Shown here piece by piece: positions 1 to 13,089 of a stretch of 64,000 nt of DNA. Under the pieces are notes generated by a model that had not been told where the DNA came from, ran no database searches, and was given only the letters and a program-made list of their open reading frames with translations. Origin of the DNA: Octopus sinensis (Eukaryota); the NCBI RefSeq assembly GCF_006345805.1, contig NC_042997.1, positions 65,782,001-65,846,000 of the forward strand. Reading direction: 5' to 3'. Positions within the stretch are counted from its first letter, which is position 1. Each line of letters starts with the position of its first letter. The position numbers were made by a program, and so were the translations under genes.

Positions 1-108
1 TACGAATTTCTGTTGAGGTTTTCCTTTCATATCATTAATGACACGAAGTAAAAGTTAAAGGAAACTAGAGAAGTACACGCATCAATTCGCCAATATTTGA
101 AATATCGA

Positions 109-151
<43 letters not shown>

Positions 152-314
152 TACAAACTCACATATGAGGACGTCTGAGTGGGAGTGTGAATGTGTATAT
201 GTATGTATATGTCCGTGGTCGTGGTGCAGAGGTTTGTGTGTTAAGCTCCAGACCTTAGTTCATGGGTTCGATTTTCAGTTACTTCATTCATATTGCTGTA
301 GACTACATCAATAT

Positions 315-1241
315 GAACGGGTAATACTTCTCGATAGCACTGCCTAGCCAGGGATCTTTGGCGATTGTCCATAGGTCCCGGCCCGAAAGTTGTCCTGAAC
401 AGACGGGTCAGGTGTTCCTCGTCGACGCCCAGATTCTGCCCGAGAACGTCGTCGCACCTCTCCTCCACTAAGCCTCTATAGAACGCCTTTGTTGTAATGA
501 AGTCGCACAAGTTTGGTCCCGGACGGCAGAGTTGCTTGAGAGCAACGCAACACTCGCGGTGACATTCGCCTAGCCTCGGTCTCTGTTTGATCCACGACTG
601 CGATTCGGCCACGGAGACTAGCTGCGGGAAAGCGCGCCACACAAACGGCGACCACACCTGTTCACCTTCGTCTATGAAGTGCCGGAGATATTGCTGTCTC
701 AGCGTGTGTCTGCGCATCATCAACCACGGCATGCCTAACCCTCCATTTAGCGGGTGTTGACAGCAAATGGATCATCTAACCATCGGAACGCTTCCCTTCC
801 ACAAGAAGCGGAAGAGTATGTGTTCCAATTTGATAATGGTTGGGTCGGAACAAGGCATGACGGTCAGACGGTTACCGCTTCGTATTCTTTTAGTGTCTCG
901 CCGACCAGGTCGATGTGCTTGTGGCTCGACACTATGGCGGTGACGTCGTCCGCGTATGCAGACACGCTCTTCCCGCATCCCAGCTCTCGTGAGATGCCCC
1001 TCAGCATTGCCAGCTTCCGCAGTAGTGGCTCAAAAGTCAATACATACAGAAGCGACGAGAGGGGACATCCTTGACGAACCGAACGCATGATGTTAAATAG
1101 TCTGGATAGACGACAATTTACACGAGCTACCGAGCGGATGCCGCTGTATAAGGCAGTGATCCAACCGCGGAAGATGGGGCTGAAACCAGCCGCTAAGGAC
1201 AGTCTCCAAGTAGTGATGGCACTATCGAAAGCTTTTGACTG
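315..1241 (-). mobile_element. Tx1/L1-clade non-LTR retrotransposon fragment (RT core and thumb), truncated at both ends
   Basis: Minus-strand ORFs contain RT motifs QGCPLS and YADD, and SKAFD near 1230. It is collinear with the copies at 57050-60352. The 5' junction runs into (TAGC)n(TAGA)n. Confidence 0.92.
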
Positions 1242-1243
1242 GG

Positions 1244-1260
1244 ATAGCTAGCTAGCTAGC

Positions 1261-1338
<78 letters not shown>

Positions 1339-1459
1339 CTTACATACATGCATACATACATACATACATACATACATACATACATACATACATACATACA
1401 TACATACATACATACATACATACATACATACATACATACATACATACATACATACATAC
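1244..1459. repeat. Compound microsatellite (TAGC)n(TAGA)n(CATA)n
   Basis: Directly visible; explains the IYLS/MYVC ORFs. Confidence 0.98.
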
Positions 1460-1693
1460 AAATTTTCTTATCGGAGACAATTTAGATTTTTTTTTTTATC
1501 GGAGACATTTTAAAGTTCCATATGTAGAGGAAATTACCTGACTCATCTTAGTTCAAGCTATCGCTTAACCAGTTATCTTTTTGTCTCCACACATGCAACG
1601 CGAATGTCTGCCTTCAAAGAAGCACTGCATATAAAATATTAATAGCTTACATATGCATACTTTTATTTTGCTAAACCAATACACAAGTGTAAC

Positions 1694-1733
<40 letters not shown>

Positions 1734-1774
1734 ACACACATATATATATATATATATTATATATATATATATAT

Positions 1775-1805
<31 letters not shown>

Positions 1806-1941
1806 ATGTAGGTATGTATGCATATATGTATATTTATGTATGTATATTGTATAACCTTACCTTACGTTTCGTGTTTTGAAATTCGCCAACTTCAAATGTT
1901 TCTGTTATAAAATAGTGATAAAATCATGTGTATGCTTTTAT

Positions 1942-2023
<82 letters not shown>

Positions 2024-2269
2024 GATAGATATACACTTACATACATAAATGCTCACATACATACATACATACATACATACATACATACATACAAACATCC
2101 GTATATGCGTATATACATGCATACGCATGTACACATCTTCATACATACTGCATACATGCACACATTGGATGATTTGGATGTCTCGTTGAAAGCAAGCGAA
2201 ATAACCTGGAGAAGAAAATACCCACGAAACAAACTCCGTTACTGGGAAACTGTGTTTCCCGGTAACCCT

Positions 2270-2648
2270 ACGGATCACGGGTAGTCTAGTATTGTATAAA
2301 ATCATAATGAACTGATTCTCACGTATTTTCTTTTACCCAAACCCACAACGTCTTTTTCATTTCGTTGTAGTTGAGACGTTGGGGTGGGGGGAAATTCTAG
2401 CCCTTTGGATTTGGTCTGGTTTTAGTCCTTTGTGAATTAGATTGATGACTTTCATCATTTTTTGTTTGTCCTGTACGTCTGGTGCTCTCTCGTGTCCTTA
2501 TGCTTGTGCACTGGGTCTAAAAAATGATTGAGGTGATTGGGGTGGTAGCCGTTATGTAGTTGTCCCCTGTTGTCGTTCAGTGGCCTATTGAAGTGATATA
2601 TGGTGCGGGTTCTTGGATGGGGATTGAAAAATGTGTTGCTATATTCCA
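2270..2648 (-). mobile_element. Probable degenerate LINE fragment (ORF1 end / APE start-like)
   Basis: Shares a ~60-bp segment (tttgggtaaaagaaaatac..gatcagtt.attatgattttat) with 49850-49900 on the + strand. Translates as W.WVKENT..SV.YDFIQ. Clade not determined. Confidence 0.35.
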
Positions 2649-2747
2649 TCTTCTTCTTCTTCTTCTTCTTCTTCTTCTTCTTCTTCTTCTTCTTCTTCTT
2701 CTTCTTCTTCTTCTTCTTCTTCTTCTTCTTCTTCTTCTTCTTCTTCT
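2649..2747. repeat. (CTT)n microsatellite
   Basis: Directly visible. Confidence 0.98.
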
Positions 2748-3369
2748 TTTTCTTCTTCTCCTCCTGCTCCTTCTCTTTCTTCTTCGCCGTCTAATTCCTC
2801 GGCTGCGGCTGTTTAAATCATCAAACTTCAGAAACAATCATTTCTCTGCACCCATAAACACTATTTCTTCAGGCCTGCTACTACCTACTGAGCCTTCACA
2901 AAGGAAAAAAGAGAGATAAGCAGAAAAAGCAAAATGTCCTACCGATTTGAAGACTATGGAGATATTTCCAAAATATTTCATTTAAATTTTTCTTCAACTT
3001 GATTGTTTTTCTTGTTTTACACTTAGTTGAAAAAATCGAAAAGACTGAAACCGGTACTTCAATTTTACAAAATGTATTTCATGATAAAATTACTCTATCA
3101 TTTTCTATCTTATATATGTATATATGAAGTATTAATTAATAGTAAGAGATGGATTTCATATTAGACTTTTATTAGGTACAACATATATATCGACCTATAG
3201 GCCAAGGTCGTTTCAGAGACATTGATAAAGAAGTCTTACTAGAGATTTTTCTGCGAAATTTCTGAAGTAAACATAGCGGACGTGTACCACAACTACGGAT
3301 GATAACAGTTAGCCTAATCTGGCCGGTGCTCTACTCAACATTTAAACACACTAATCTAATTATGCGTAT

Positions 3370-3684
3370 TTGTCTAAATTTTCTGTCATTTATAATAAAA
3401 CAGATTTTGATTTCCAAGTGGCTTCAGTGCCATGGTTCAGTAGTAGAATTTCTTCTTTTAATGGTTATGGTGATTTTGCAGGGCAAATTGTCAGATATAG
3501 TACTATTATTAATAATGCTAATAAATTTTTGGATAGGACAAATAAACTTTTAAGACATTTTGTAAAACTGGGGTATAGATATGGTAAATTGGTTAAAACT
3601 TTTAATCGCTGTTTATGTGGGAGACTTAAAATTTTAAATAAATATGGGGTGGTATCTAGTCATCAACTTAGCAAATATTTGTAA
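3370..3684 (+). pseudogene. C-terminal (thumb) fragment of a Penelope-like reverse transcriptase
   Basis: IYNKTDFDFQVASVPWFSSRISSFNGYGDFAGQIVRY...GY resembles the YDKRDDFNF...SNIP...YG...QL.RY...GY thumb pattern of invertebrate PLE RTs (recalled, not searched). The ORF ends with no GIY-YIG domain. Confidence 0.6.
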
Positions 3685-5292
3685 GATTTGGAATGTTTAC
3701 GATTCAAGTTATTTGCTTACTACGTCACCAAAATTGTTTGAAACAACTGAGGAAGTAGTAATTATGTACTACGTCATCTATAGTTAAGATAGTCTTTTAA
3801 GTTCTAGAGGTGATGGAACCATATGGTTTGAAAATACATGTAAGTATTAATACTTTACAGTTTTATTATCTTTTAAACAGTTTTAATTTAGCTTTAATCG
3901 TAGCAAGGTTTTATAATAATGGTTAATTACAAGTATACATTTATTAGTTCTTATTTAATAAATTAGTTACTGGTAAGTTTATTAACTTTTGAATTATGAA
4001 ATAATGTATTTCACTCATAATTATTATATTATTCGTTAAATTAAATTCAATCGTGTTTTATTTTGGAGAGAATTGAAATAAAGCTTTCACTTTTTTATTT
4101 ATTATTATAGTAGTAACTATGGAAGGCTGATGGGATTATTATTTGTATGAACTTAAAGATTAGTCGCTATTTAGTATATAATTTAGTTATTGGAGGTTTA
4201 CTATTAATACCGATACAGATGTACATAGATGTATGTGTTTCTTTGTTGTAGTTTAATTTTAAAGTTAGTGTTTAATCCTGCCTATATTTAGAGTGAATGA
4301 ATGTGGTTATTTAGCTTTCACTTTTATATTATACTACGGAAGACTGAGGGAATAAAATGTATGACTTAAATGCTTGGTCGCTGTATAGTTACATATTTAG
4401 GAGTTGGATATTGATTTACTTATTGAATTTATTTACCAATACTGTTGTACATAAGGTAAATCTGTTTGAAAGTTGTAGTTTCTTTGGTATGTTTGTTCCC
4501 AAATAACACTTATTTTAGTGTTGTTGAGACTACCGGATTGAATGGTACTGCCCAGATATCGAAACCGTAATGATATCTATGAGGCTGCTGATGATAGGGG
4601 TTTATTGGATTGTTGGTATGGCTGTTTTTGTATATGTGGAATACTATTATAACACATCCTGTTGATATGTGTGTGTGTGTTTGTGTATATACGTATATAT
4701 CAAATGATTGGTTTTATATCCATCTATAAAGGTGTGTAAACCTATATGTGCTGGCATACTACTGACACACAATCGTAAAGTATATATTTGGATACAAATA
4801 CTGGTATTTCTTTCAACTACTAACTCAAATATTTTTCTATAGCCGCAGGCCTATCTACTGGGAAGCAAAATTTACTTATTTTATTCTTTCTTTTATTCTC
4901 ATTTAGCTTTCGCTCTTTCTTTCTCCTATTTGAAATAATTTTTCAATTTACAATTTTTTTTATTTAACTTTCTTTCAAATATGTCTAAAAGATTTGAAAT
5001 GATGTTCCATATTGTTTCTAAAGGTAAAGCAATATTTATATGAATATATCTCGATTCAGTTTCATTCGTAAAATCATTTTTATCTCGTTGTTTTATTTTT
5101 GCTTTTTCTACTTTGATACTGTTTATTTTCGGTAGGAGAGCTTTTTATGACAATAGCAATTTCTCGCTAACTCAATTTTCGCAGACAACAAAATATAACA
5201 AAGAGCTAAGTAAGCAAAGCAAATATATTTGACAAAACAAATTCATCTGCGAGAAAATGTGTATTAATACGCACACACACACACCACACTTA

Positions 5293-5388
<96 letters not shown>

Positions 5389-5409
5389 GTGTGTGTGTGT
5401 GTGTGTGTG

Positions 5410-5462
<53 letters not shown>

Positions 5463-5674
5463 CATATAAGGAAAATGAATAAAATTAATTAGGAACCATT
5501 CTTCCTTTTCTCGAGGGCATTAATTGCAATTTTTAATATATATATATTTGATTGTACTTTTATTTTGTACGTGAAGTGAGACTGAAACCATCACGCCGAT
5601 TGGTTGCCTTCGATTTGTTTATATATATATGCGTGTTCGTGCCTAGCGAGTGAGTATTTATTATTAAGATGGCG

Positions 5675-6105
5675 AAGGCGGTGAGCTGGTAGAATCGTTA
5701 ACACTGTGGGCAAAATGCCTAGCGGCATTTCGTCCGTCTTTAGGTTCTGAGTTCAAATTCCGCCGAGGTCGACTTCGCCTTTCATCCTTTCGGGGGTCGA
5801 TAAATTAAGTACCAGTGAAACACAGGGGTCAATGTAATCAACTACCCAACTCCCTCAAATTTCAGGTTTTGTGCCTATTGTAGAAAGGCTTATCAAGATG
5901 GTGAGCTGGCAGAATAGTTAGCACGCTGAGCAAAAGGCTTAATTGCATTTCATTATGTTCCGAGTTCAAATTCCGTCGGCCTTGAGTTTGCCTTTCATCC
6001 TTTCGGGTTCGAAAGAATAAGTACTAGTTGAATACTGGAGCCGATTTAATTGACTTAGTCCCTCTCCCAAACCTTCTGGCCTTGTGCCAAAATTTGAAAG
6101 GCGGC
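5675..6105 (+). mobile_element. Two head-to-tail tRNA-derived SINEs (family A)
   Basis: Each has an A-box (tggcagaat.gttag), a B-box (gagttcaaattcc) and the shared body ttgcctttcatcctttcgggg. Many other copies occur in the window. Confidence 0.9.
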
Positions 6106-6324
6106 GAGCCTTATCTATTTTTACTTTTATCTTAGATCTAAATGAGCTCATAAGAGTACGGTTCTGTTAAGATGACTACTTTACTGTAAATCTTCATTAC
6201 TGGACTCGGAGAAATATTTAGCTCAGTATACGAACTGCGTATAAATGACATGTAATAGGAAAATAAAGAACTTACAACGACCAAAAAGATACCCGAAAAT
6301 GCCGTGTCTGTCTAAGAATTTATT

Positions 6325-6520
6325 CTTTTATTCATTTATTTCAGTCGTTTGACTGCAGCCATGCTGGAGCACCGCCTTGAAGAGTTTTAATCGAACAGTC
6401 GACCCCCAGAGCTTATTTTGTAAGCCTAGTACTTATTCTATCAGTCTCTTTTGACGAACCGCTAGGTTACCGGGACATAAACACACCAACACCGGTCGCC
6501 AAGCGGTGATAGAGCAACAA
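6325..6520 (+). mobile_element. SINE body/tail, family C (ttgactgcggccatgctggagcaccgcc...gaaccgctaagttacggg)
   Basis: Same sequence at 48900-49130 (-), 51895-52070 (+) and 45300-45500 (-). Confidence 0.85.
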
Positions 6521-6550
6521 ACACGCATAAAAACACTCACACGCACGCAT

Positions 6551-6634
<84 letters not shown>

Positions 6635-6636
<2 letters not shown>

Positions 6637-6755
6637 GCGACGGGCTTCTTTCACTTACCGTCTACTAAATCCATTCACATGACTTTGGTCGGCCCGAGGC
6701 TCTAGTAGAAAACACTTGACCAAAGTGCCGCGCAGAGGGACTGAACCCGCACAGC
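6635..6755 (-). mobile_element. tRNA-derived SINE, family B
   Basis: Reverse complement of the copies at 38837-38995 and 47450-47612. Confidence 0.85.
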
Positions 6756-7029
6756 CACGACTGCGCCTTAACAAGTTCTTTGTGGAAGAAGTTGTTAAGA
6801 AATGCCAAGTTACTGCTTTGGCCATATAGCTTCAACTGAGCAATATCTAATAAAAATAGATATGTATGTATGTATGTATGATGTATGTATGTATGTATGT
6901 ATGTATGTATGTATGTATGTATGTATGTATGTATGTGTGTATGTAAGTATGTATGTATGTGTATTCGTATGTTTTACTTTATGTATGTATTCTCATGCAT
7001 ATAGTTGCATATCAAGACATGCTCATATA

Positions 7030-8890
7030 TATTTAAATGATAAACTTCTGGAAAGTTTTACAGATTTTTACAATTCTAGAGATGGATTGGATTTATAGTC
7101 TTCGAATTAGCTTTCTCCCTTCTGGTTTTGAGAAACCTGATTTCTCAAGATTGGTATATAGGCAATATCCCAGGGTGCCAATAATTACAGGTATAAACCT
7201 GAACTTGTAATCAGGATTGAGTAACTGCAGATTTCTCAATAGTTCAGCGTAAGTATTCTCTTTTTTTACTGATCTTCAGCTTTACGTTAACATCCGCTGG
7301 GCAGCTATTTTCCACAACTGTTCACAGTTTCTCTTCTCTACCCAAATCTTTATATATGGTCTGTTGTGCTTACATTTTATCGAGGTCTTCATTGGTACAT
7401 TCCATCAGTATTCCTTTTCATTATGAGTGACTATGGCTTCTATCCTACGGTGGATTTTTATTTCTTTGTCTTCGGGGATATCCTTCCGACGGATTTCATT
7501 ATAGAGTGTCCTAGCTACAACAACATGTCTCATCAGTAGATAATACCGTGATGACATTTTCGGGCAACTGCTTATGATTTCGGTGATATCTTCGGTGTTA
7601 ACTCCACAAAGTCTGCATCGGTTGTCACATGTTACTGCTTTTCCTGCAATTCTATCCTTTTTGTGCATCAGGTACTTGGTTGATATTTCCTGTTCCTGGA
7701 TTGCAAACGCATACTCTTCAAAATGGGAGGTAGTAATCCGGCTTTTGGTCCATGATAAATTGCTTTGTTGATCGATGTTACTATCATCTCGGAGCTTTAT
7801 ACTAACATATCCACGCATAGTTTTCTGCTTATACAGACTCATGCTTTCATCTGATGATACGTTGCGGTAGAGTCGTGCGACTTATATTCGGCACGTATTC
7901 AGACAAAGAATGTTGCTCAAGGAGCTGTCTTCCAAGTCTTATGATGTTATCAGCCTCATGTATGCAAACTTGGTCAAGGTATGCACTTCGATACTGGGTG
8001 GTTAAAAGATATTGCCGAAGGGATATGATGCGACATTCAAAGACATTTTGGATCGATGTTAAGACTCTGCCACTTTATTTCCTGTTTAGGTAGAGACGGT
8101 CTACATCACTGTTTATGCGGAAATTATGTGTTTGTTAGTATTTTTCGGGTTTTCACATCAATGCCTCGGATCTCATCAAGCATCCAATCAAGCAGCACAA
8201 ATATTGGTATGAGTACTGACACTGCAAACATTGTAGGCCACTGTTACAGGAGCCATTGTAAGATATGTTTTCATCCACCCCTAGATATCTGTAACATTCC
8301 TCGTCAGATATAGGGAAAACAGTCAAATCATTGATGGAGATGTTACTAGTCTAGTTTATAGTTTTCTCCCTTTTCACAAACATATAACAACATTTATCAT
8401 GACCAAACTCCAACCCTACATCCTTTGAGAATGTTGTAACTAAGTCAAGGCACTTTTTTATCTCATGCAAAAAATTTTAAGTCATCCACAAAGAAACAGT
8501 GAGTAATTTTGGTATTTCTGTTTACTTGTGAACCAGTGAAGTATCTTTCAGATTTACTTCTTTAACATGAGTGACTAGGGATTTACAGAAAGTATAAACA
8601 ACATCGAAGAAAGGGTGTCCTCTTGGAATATACCTTTGCGATGCTGTATTCTATCAGTGATAATACAGTCACTATATATATATATCAGTGGTCTTGGGCC
8701 AACAGGTTTGGGATCTGATGATACACCATAATATTAAACACCTTATGGACGGGAAACTTAAGGTAATCCAATAAACCGGCCTACCCCATTTTTAATACAT
8801 ACTTCTCTGTATCGTAGAGTGTGCTTTTTCTTTCGGAAGTTACTTGTTTACCATCAGTCGTTCAGCAACTGGTAGACTAAGCCTTCTTTA
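7030..8890 (-). mobile_element. R4/Dong-clade non-LTR retrotransposon, 5'-truncated (RT, zinc knuckle, restriction-like endonuclease)
   Basis: KITHCFFVDDLK (RT) near 8475-8515; AFAIQEQEISTKY; CRLCG...IISSCPK; RPD-type RLE region near 7370. Multiple stops and frameshifts. The 3' end grades into (CATA)n. Confidence 0.88.
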
Positions 8891-9061
8891 CTTTTGAAAT
8901 ATTCACTGCTTGAATATTTCTTGAAATATGAAATGAAAATTTGAAGAAAACTATTATGTTCTTTTGCTTTAAAATCTGTTTGAACGATATGGGAAAAAAC
9001 GGCTGCTTCAGGATCACGTTTCTGATTTCATTGGCCCTCATGGTAATATTATAAACGTCTT

Positions 9062-9288
9062 AAAGGCGGCGAGGTGGTAGAATCATAAGCACGCCGGGCA
9101 AAATGCTTAACGGCATTTCTTACGTCATTACGTTCTGAGTTCAAATTCTGTCGAGGTCGACTTTGCCTTTCATCCTTTCGGGGTCGATGAAATAAGTACC
9201 AGCCGGACACTGGAGTCGATATAATCGAATTATGTCCTCCCCCGAAATTGCTGGCCCAGTGCCAAAATTTGAAACCAATATTATAAAT
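9062..9288 (+). mobile_element. tRNA-derived SINE, family A
   Basis: A and B boxes plus family body. Confidence 0.9.
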
Positions 9289-9924
9289 GCTTAAATTTCA
9301 TAAGAGTGAAGCCACTCTAATTACTTTTCTCATAAAATTGTATTAAGTAATGTTTTAAATTAATACATGTATTTAATGTTTTCAAAACAATGAATGCGTA
9401 CGTGCGTGCGTGTTCATTTTTCATGCTCCTTGCAAATGCATACATATACGCGTATGCATATATAGATATACTCACGCACCAACATGTATTAAAACATCTC
9501 AATAAAACACACTAATTAAACATTTCGAAACATAATGTTATCGCTATATGTTTTAAAATGTGTGGAGTGTATCAATGTGTGCGTATGTGTACATGTATGC
9601 ATGCATATATAATTATGTGTCTATATGCGTGTATGTGTGTGCATATGAATACATATATGTACGTGTTTATGTGTGTATATCTGTATGTGTGTTTGTGTGT
9701 GTATACATACATACATATATACATACATACATACATACATACATACATACATACATACATACATACATACATACATACTCCGCACGAGCGCATGCAAAAT
9801 GAACGCGCACATAGACAATCATTGCTTTTAGAAACATTAATTAAATGTATTCCTTTAAAACAATTAACAACAACGCAAATTCATGAGTTGAAGTTTAAGA
9901 CGTTTATAAATATTCCTTTCTGCT

Positions 9925-10098
9925 AAAGGCACAAGGCCTGAAATTTTGCGTGTCTCACTGATACTTAATTTATTAACACCGAAAGAATGAAAGGCACAGT
10001 CGACCTCGGCAAAATTTGAACCCAGATTGTGAAGACAGACAAAACAACGCTAAGCATTCTATCTTGCGTGCTAACGATTCAGCTAGCTTGCCGTTTAT
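9925..10098 (-). mobile_element. tRNA-derived SINE, family A
   Basis: Reverse-complement match to family A. Confidence 0.85.
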
Positions 10099-10825
10099 AA
10101 TATTACCACAAGAACCAGCAATGAAATCAGACATGAACTTGAAGCAGACATTTTTTGCACACATTGCTCACAAATATTTTTAAACAGACGTACATTAGGG
10201 TTGTATTCAAATTTTCATTTCATATTTCAAAAATTATTCATGCAGTGAATATTTTCAAAGAAAAGTAGGCTCGGTTTACGAGCTACTGATCGGAAACAAG
10301 TAACTCTGCGTACCAGTAACTGGAGTATTTCAGTTATAATGTATTAAATAATCCTCTACATTTGCACTGAGTCCCGTAAATTATCACTTCTGGGGAATCA
10401 AGAGAGAATTATACATGTGTGTGTGTATGTGTGTTTGTGCGTGTGTGTGTGTGAGTGTGTGTGTGTGTGTGTATGTGTGTGTATGTATGTGTGTATTTAA
10501 GGAAAATAAGTCAAGGTAGAAAATTCTAAAATAATTTTATCTTGAAGAACATTTTAGTGCCGGTTTCAGTCAATGCGACTGTTTCAACTTAGAGTAAAGT
10601 ATGAAAAACTATTAAATTGTGGAAAAATTAAATGAAATGTTTTTTTTTTTAATATATATAATTACATAGTTTTCAAATGCAAGGGACATGTTCCTTTTTT
10701 TCTACTTGTCTCTGTCTCTCGTTTTTACTCTTGTGGGCCGTAGGTAGTTAGCAGCAGCTAGTCTGATATGAATTCTTGTATTTGATTGTTTAAGCAGCAG
10801 TAGTAGTAGAGAAAGGAGGCGGCGG

Positions 10826-10885
10826 AGAAGAAGAAGAAGAAGAAGAAGAAGAAGAAGAAGAAGAAGAAGAAGAAGAAGAAAGAAG

Positions 10886-10915
<30 letters not shown>
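10826..10915. repeat. (GAA)n microsatellite
   Basis: Directly visible. Confidence 0.98.
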
Positions 10916-10916
<1 letters not shown>

Positions 10917-10929
10917 GGTATGACAGTAG

Positions 10930-12140
10930 CAGGATGTTGATGGAATCTACTTAAGTGATCAAGTGACCTGAAAGTGACTCGTTGTGGATGATAGTAGTGA
11001 TAAATTCTTGAGGTGACTGTTTTGAATATATCGCTTTTAATATTTGCGTGGGTGTTATTCGAAGGCCCTGGTAACATGGTTGTGGATGCATTCAAAAGAG
11101 GTTGGTATTTTGTGATAAAGAATGACTCTTTACTAATACGCTGACTGCATGTTGTAGATCATGTAGTTCTGTGTCCTTGGTGCTTGCAGTGTCTATCCTG
11201 CGGGTAGTGATTTTTCATATCTCTGTTTGAAGTTGTGGTACTCCCGATGTTGTATCGCTGGTGGGTTACAAAGTTAGAATTAGGTCTTGTATTCTTTTAT
11301 GGTAGGGGTGAGGGTTCTGTTTTTTAGATAAGTGTGAATCTGTGTCTGGGCGTTGTTTTGATTTTCTTATTTTCAGGAAAGGGTTGTTGGAAGCGTACTC
11401 TGTTTGAAAGATGGTTTCATAGTTTTGAGAACCAAGTGACGTTTTTCTCCCAGTGTTGGGGAGATTTCAGTCCTTCTTTTTAACAGTCCTCTTTCCATAG
11501 TTTGAAGATATTCTCTAGGTCGGGGCCTTGGGTCATTTTGCTAATTTCTTGGTTGATCTCTTCATCGATGGATTTTACTTTATCTTCATTCATCTGAGCC
11601 TTTAATTTTAGAAGTTATATGTCCATCTTCATTTTTTCCAGTGCCATTCTTTCCCTGGGGCATCTTTGTGCTTCAGGTTCATCTGCAATGGGTTTGATCT
11701 GGAGTTTGCGTAGGAGAATTAATGGTGTCCTATTGAGCCATTTTTCGTATATATCCGCTTTGTTGTTGTTTTAGATCATCTTCCAAAAAGCGAACTTTCT
11801 ATCTCTTAGTGATTTGTTCCATTGTGGTACTATGTGATGTTTCATTTCGTATGTTGTTAGGGTATTGATCCCATATGCTGCCTCGTTTGGAGGTCCTTTG
11901 TTCGCGTTGTTTGAGAAAAATGTTCTAATTGTTTCGCATAAGTTTCCAAGGTTTTCGACGATTTCAGAGGTTGTATTCTTCGTATCGAATTCCTCATTGT
12001 TCTTTCGATTGGATTCATGTGTCAAGTTGAATTTCTTCAAAAACGTTAACAGATTTGTATCGATTTTCTTGTATATATACTTGCATATATGGGTACAAGA
12101 CATCAAAAAAGAACGTTGAACACAATGAGAAACGAAAACA
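10930..12140 (-). pseudogene. Degenerate charged, coiled-coil-like ORF of a retroelement (ORF1 or N-terminal domain)
   Basis: ...RKFAFWKMI*NNNKADIYEKWLNRTPLILLRKLQIKPIADEPE...LLKLKAQMNEDKVKSIDEEINQEISK...LWKEDC, with stops and frameshifts. No RT motif found. Preceded by an HHR-like motif. Confidence 0.5.
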
Positions 12141-12196
12141 TAAAAACAAAAACGTATATATATATATTTGAATACATCGGAGGAAGGGAAAATGGA

Positions 12197-12302
12197 ATCA
12201 TTACAATCGTTTCGTACCATCGTGCGTCGGTCGATCGATGGTGAAATTCTGTACAAATAGTTATGCTGCATTATACGATGCAGATGTGCATCGTCAGATG
12301 AC
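12197..12302 (-). ncRNA. Type I hammerhead ribozyme-like motif with an enlarged stem II
   Basis: Minus strand: stem I GUCAU/AUGAU, CUGACGA, an extra U, G(C)AC...GUAC, GAAA, near-palindromic stem III ACGAUUGU, site GUA. Confidence 0.65.
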
Positions 12303-12377
12303 TTCACAAAAGATATGTTGTTCTTTAGTCTCTTATATAATCGAAACAGCGATTTAAGAACGAGACACCTTTTGACG

Positions 12378-12485
12378 AATCACTTGACGAAGTATATCTG
12401 CACCAAGTGATGCATCACGACTATTTGTGCAGAATCTTACTCGCGACGGACCGATGCAGCATGGGTCGAAACGATCGTGGTGATT
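12378..12485 (+). ncRNA. Degenerate hammerhead motif, diverged inverted partner of 12197-12302
   Basis: AAUCAC/GUGAUU stem I, UUGACGA (C3U), GAAA, ACGAUCGU, but G at position 17. Alignable to the minus-strand copy along its length. Confidence 0.55.
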
Positions 12486-13089
12486 AATAAATAATCTCGT
12501 GCATTTCATTTTCCCTTTCTCAACAGTCACGAAGGAACTCCCCGAAGTAAATCCAGTGACACTTATATCCAAACTGTTCATGACATCAGATAGCCGAATA
12601 CAGTAGGCGTGCTTTAAACGGTATACTGCTAGGTCCATACCCAAATGTAAAATTATTACTTCTATAGGTGTGCGCGTGTGTGTGAGCGAAATTGCGATAA
12701 ACAAATCTATATCAATATCAGTTGCTCTTGTATACGTTTCACCATTGTGGATGCTTGGAATATTGGATGTTCCAGAGCAATACAATGCTGAAACCACAAT
12801 GGATCATCGGGAAACACTTTATTGCATTAAGTTACAGAGAAATCAAGGCAGATTTAATTTGCTCTGCATATCAAAACTAGTATACTTAGTAGTAGCTTAA
12901 CCACTATACAGGAATCCGACTGGATTACGATAATATACGTAGATCTCTAAACTGAACAGTTGCGTTCGTGCAATTATTTGTGCTTGCTTGTGACAACCCA
13001 TTAAAGGTGATAACAGCATCGATCCAAGACATTCATCCTCCTCTACCTCCAGCATATTGTTGCTCGTGTAACTAGGCGTGGCTGACAAG

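Noticed and set aside
3186-3245. Minus-strand GAAA followed by a CGACC/GGUCG hairpin
   Set aside because: No CUGANGA core, and position 16.1 is A rather than U.
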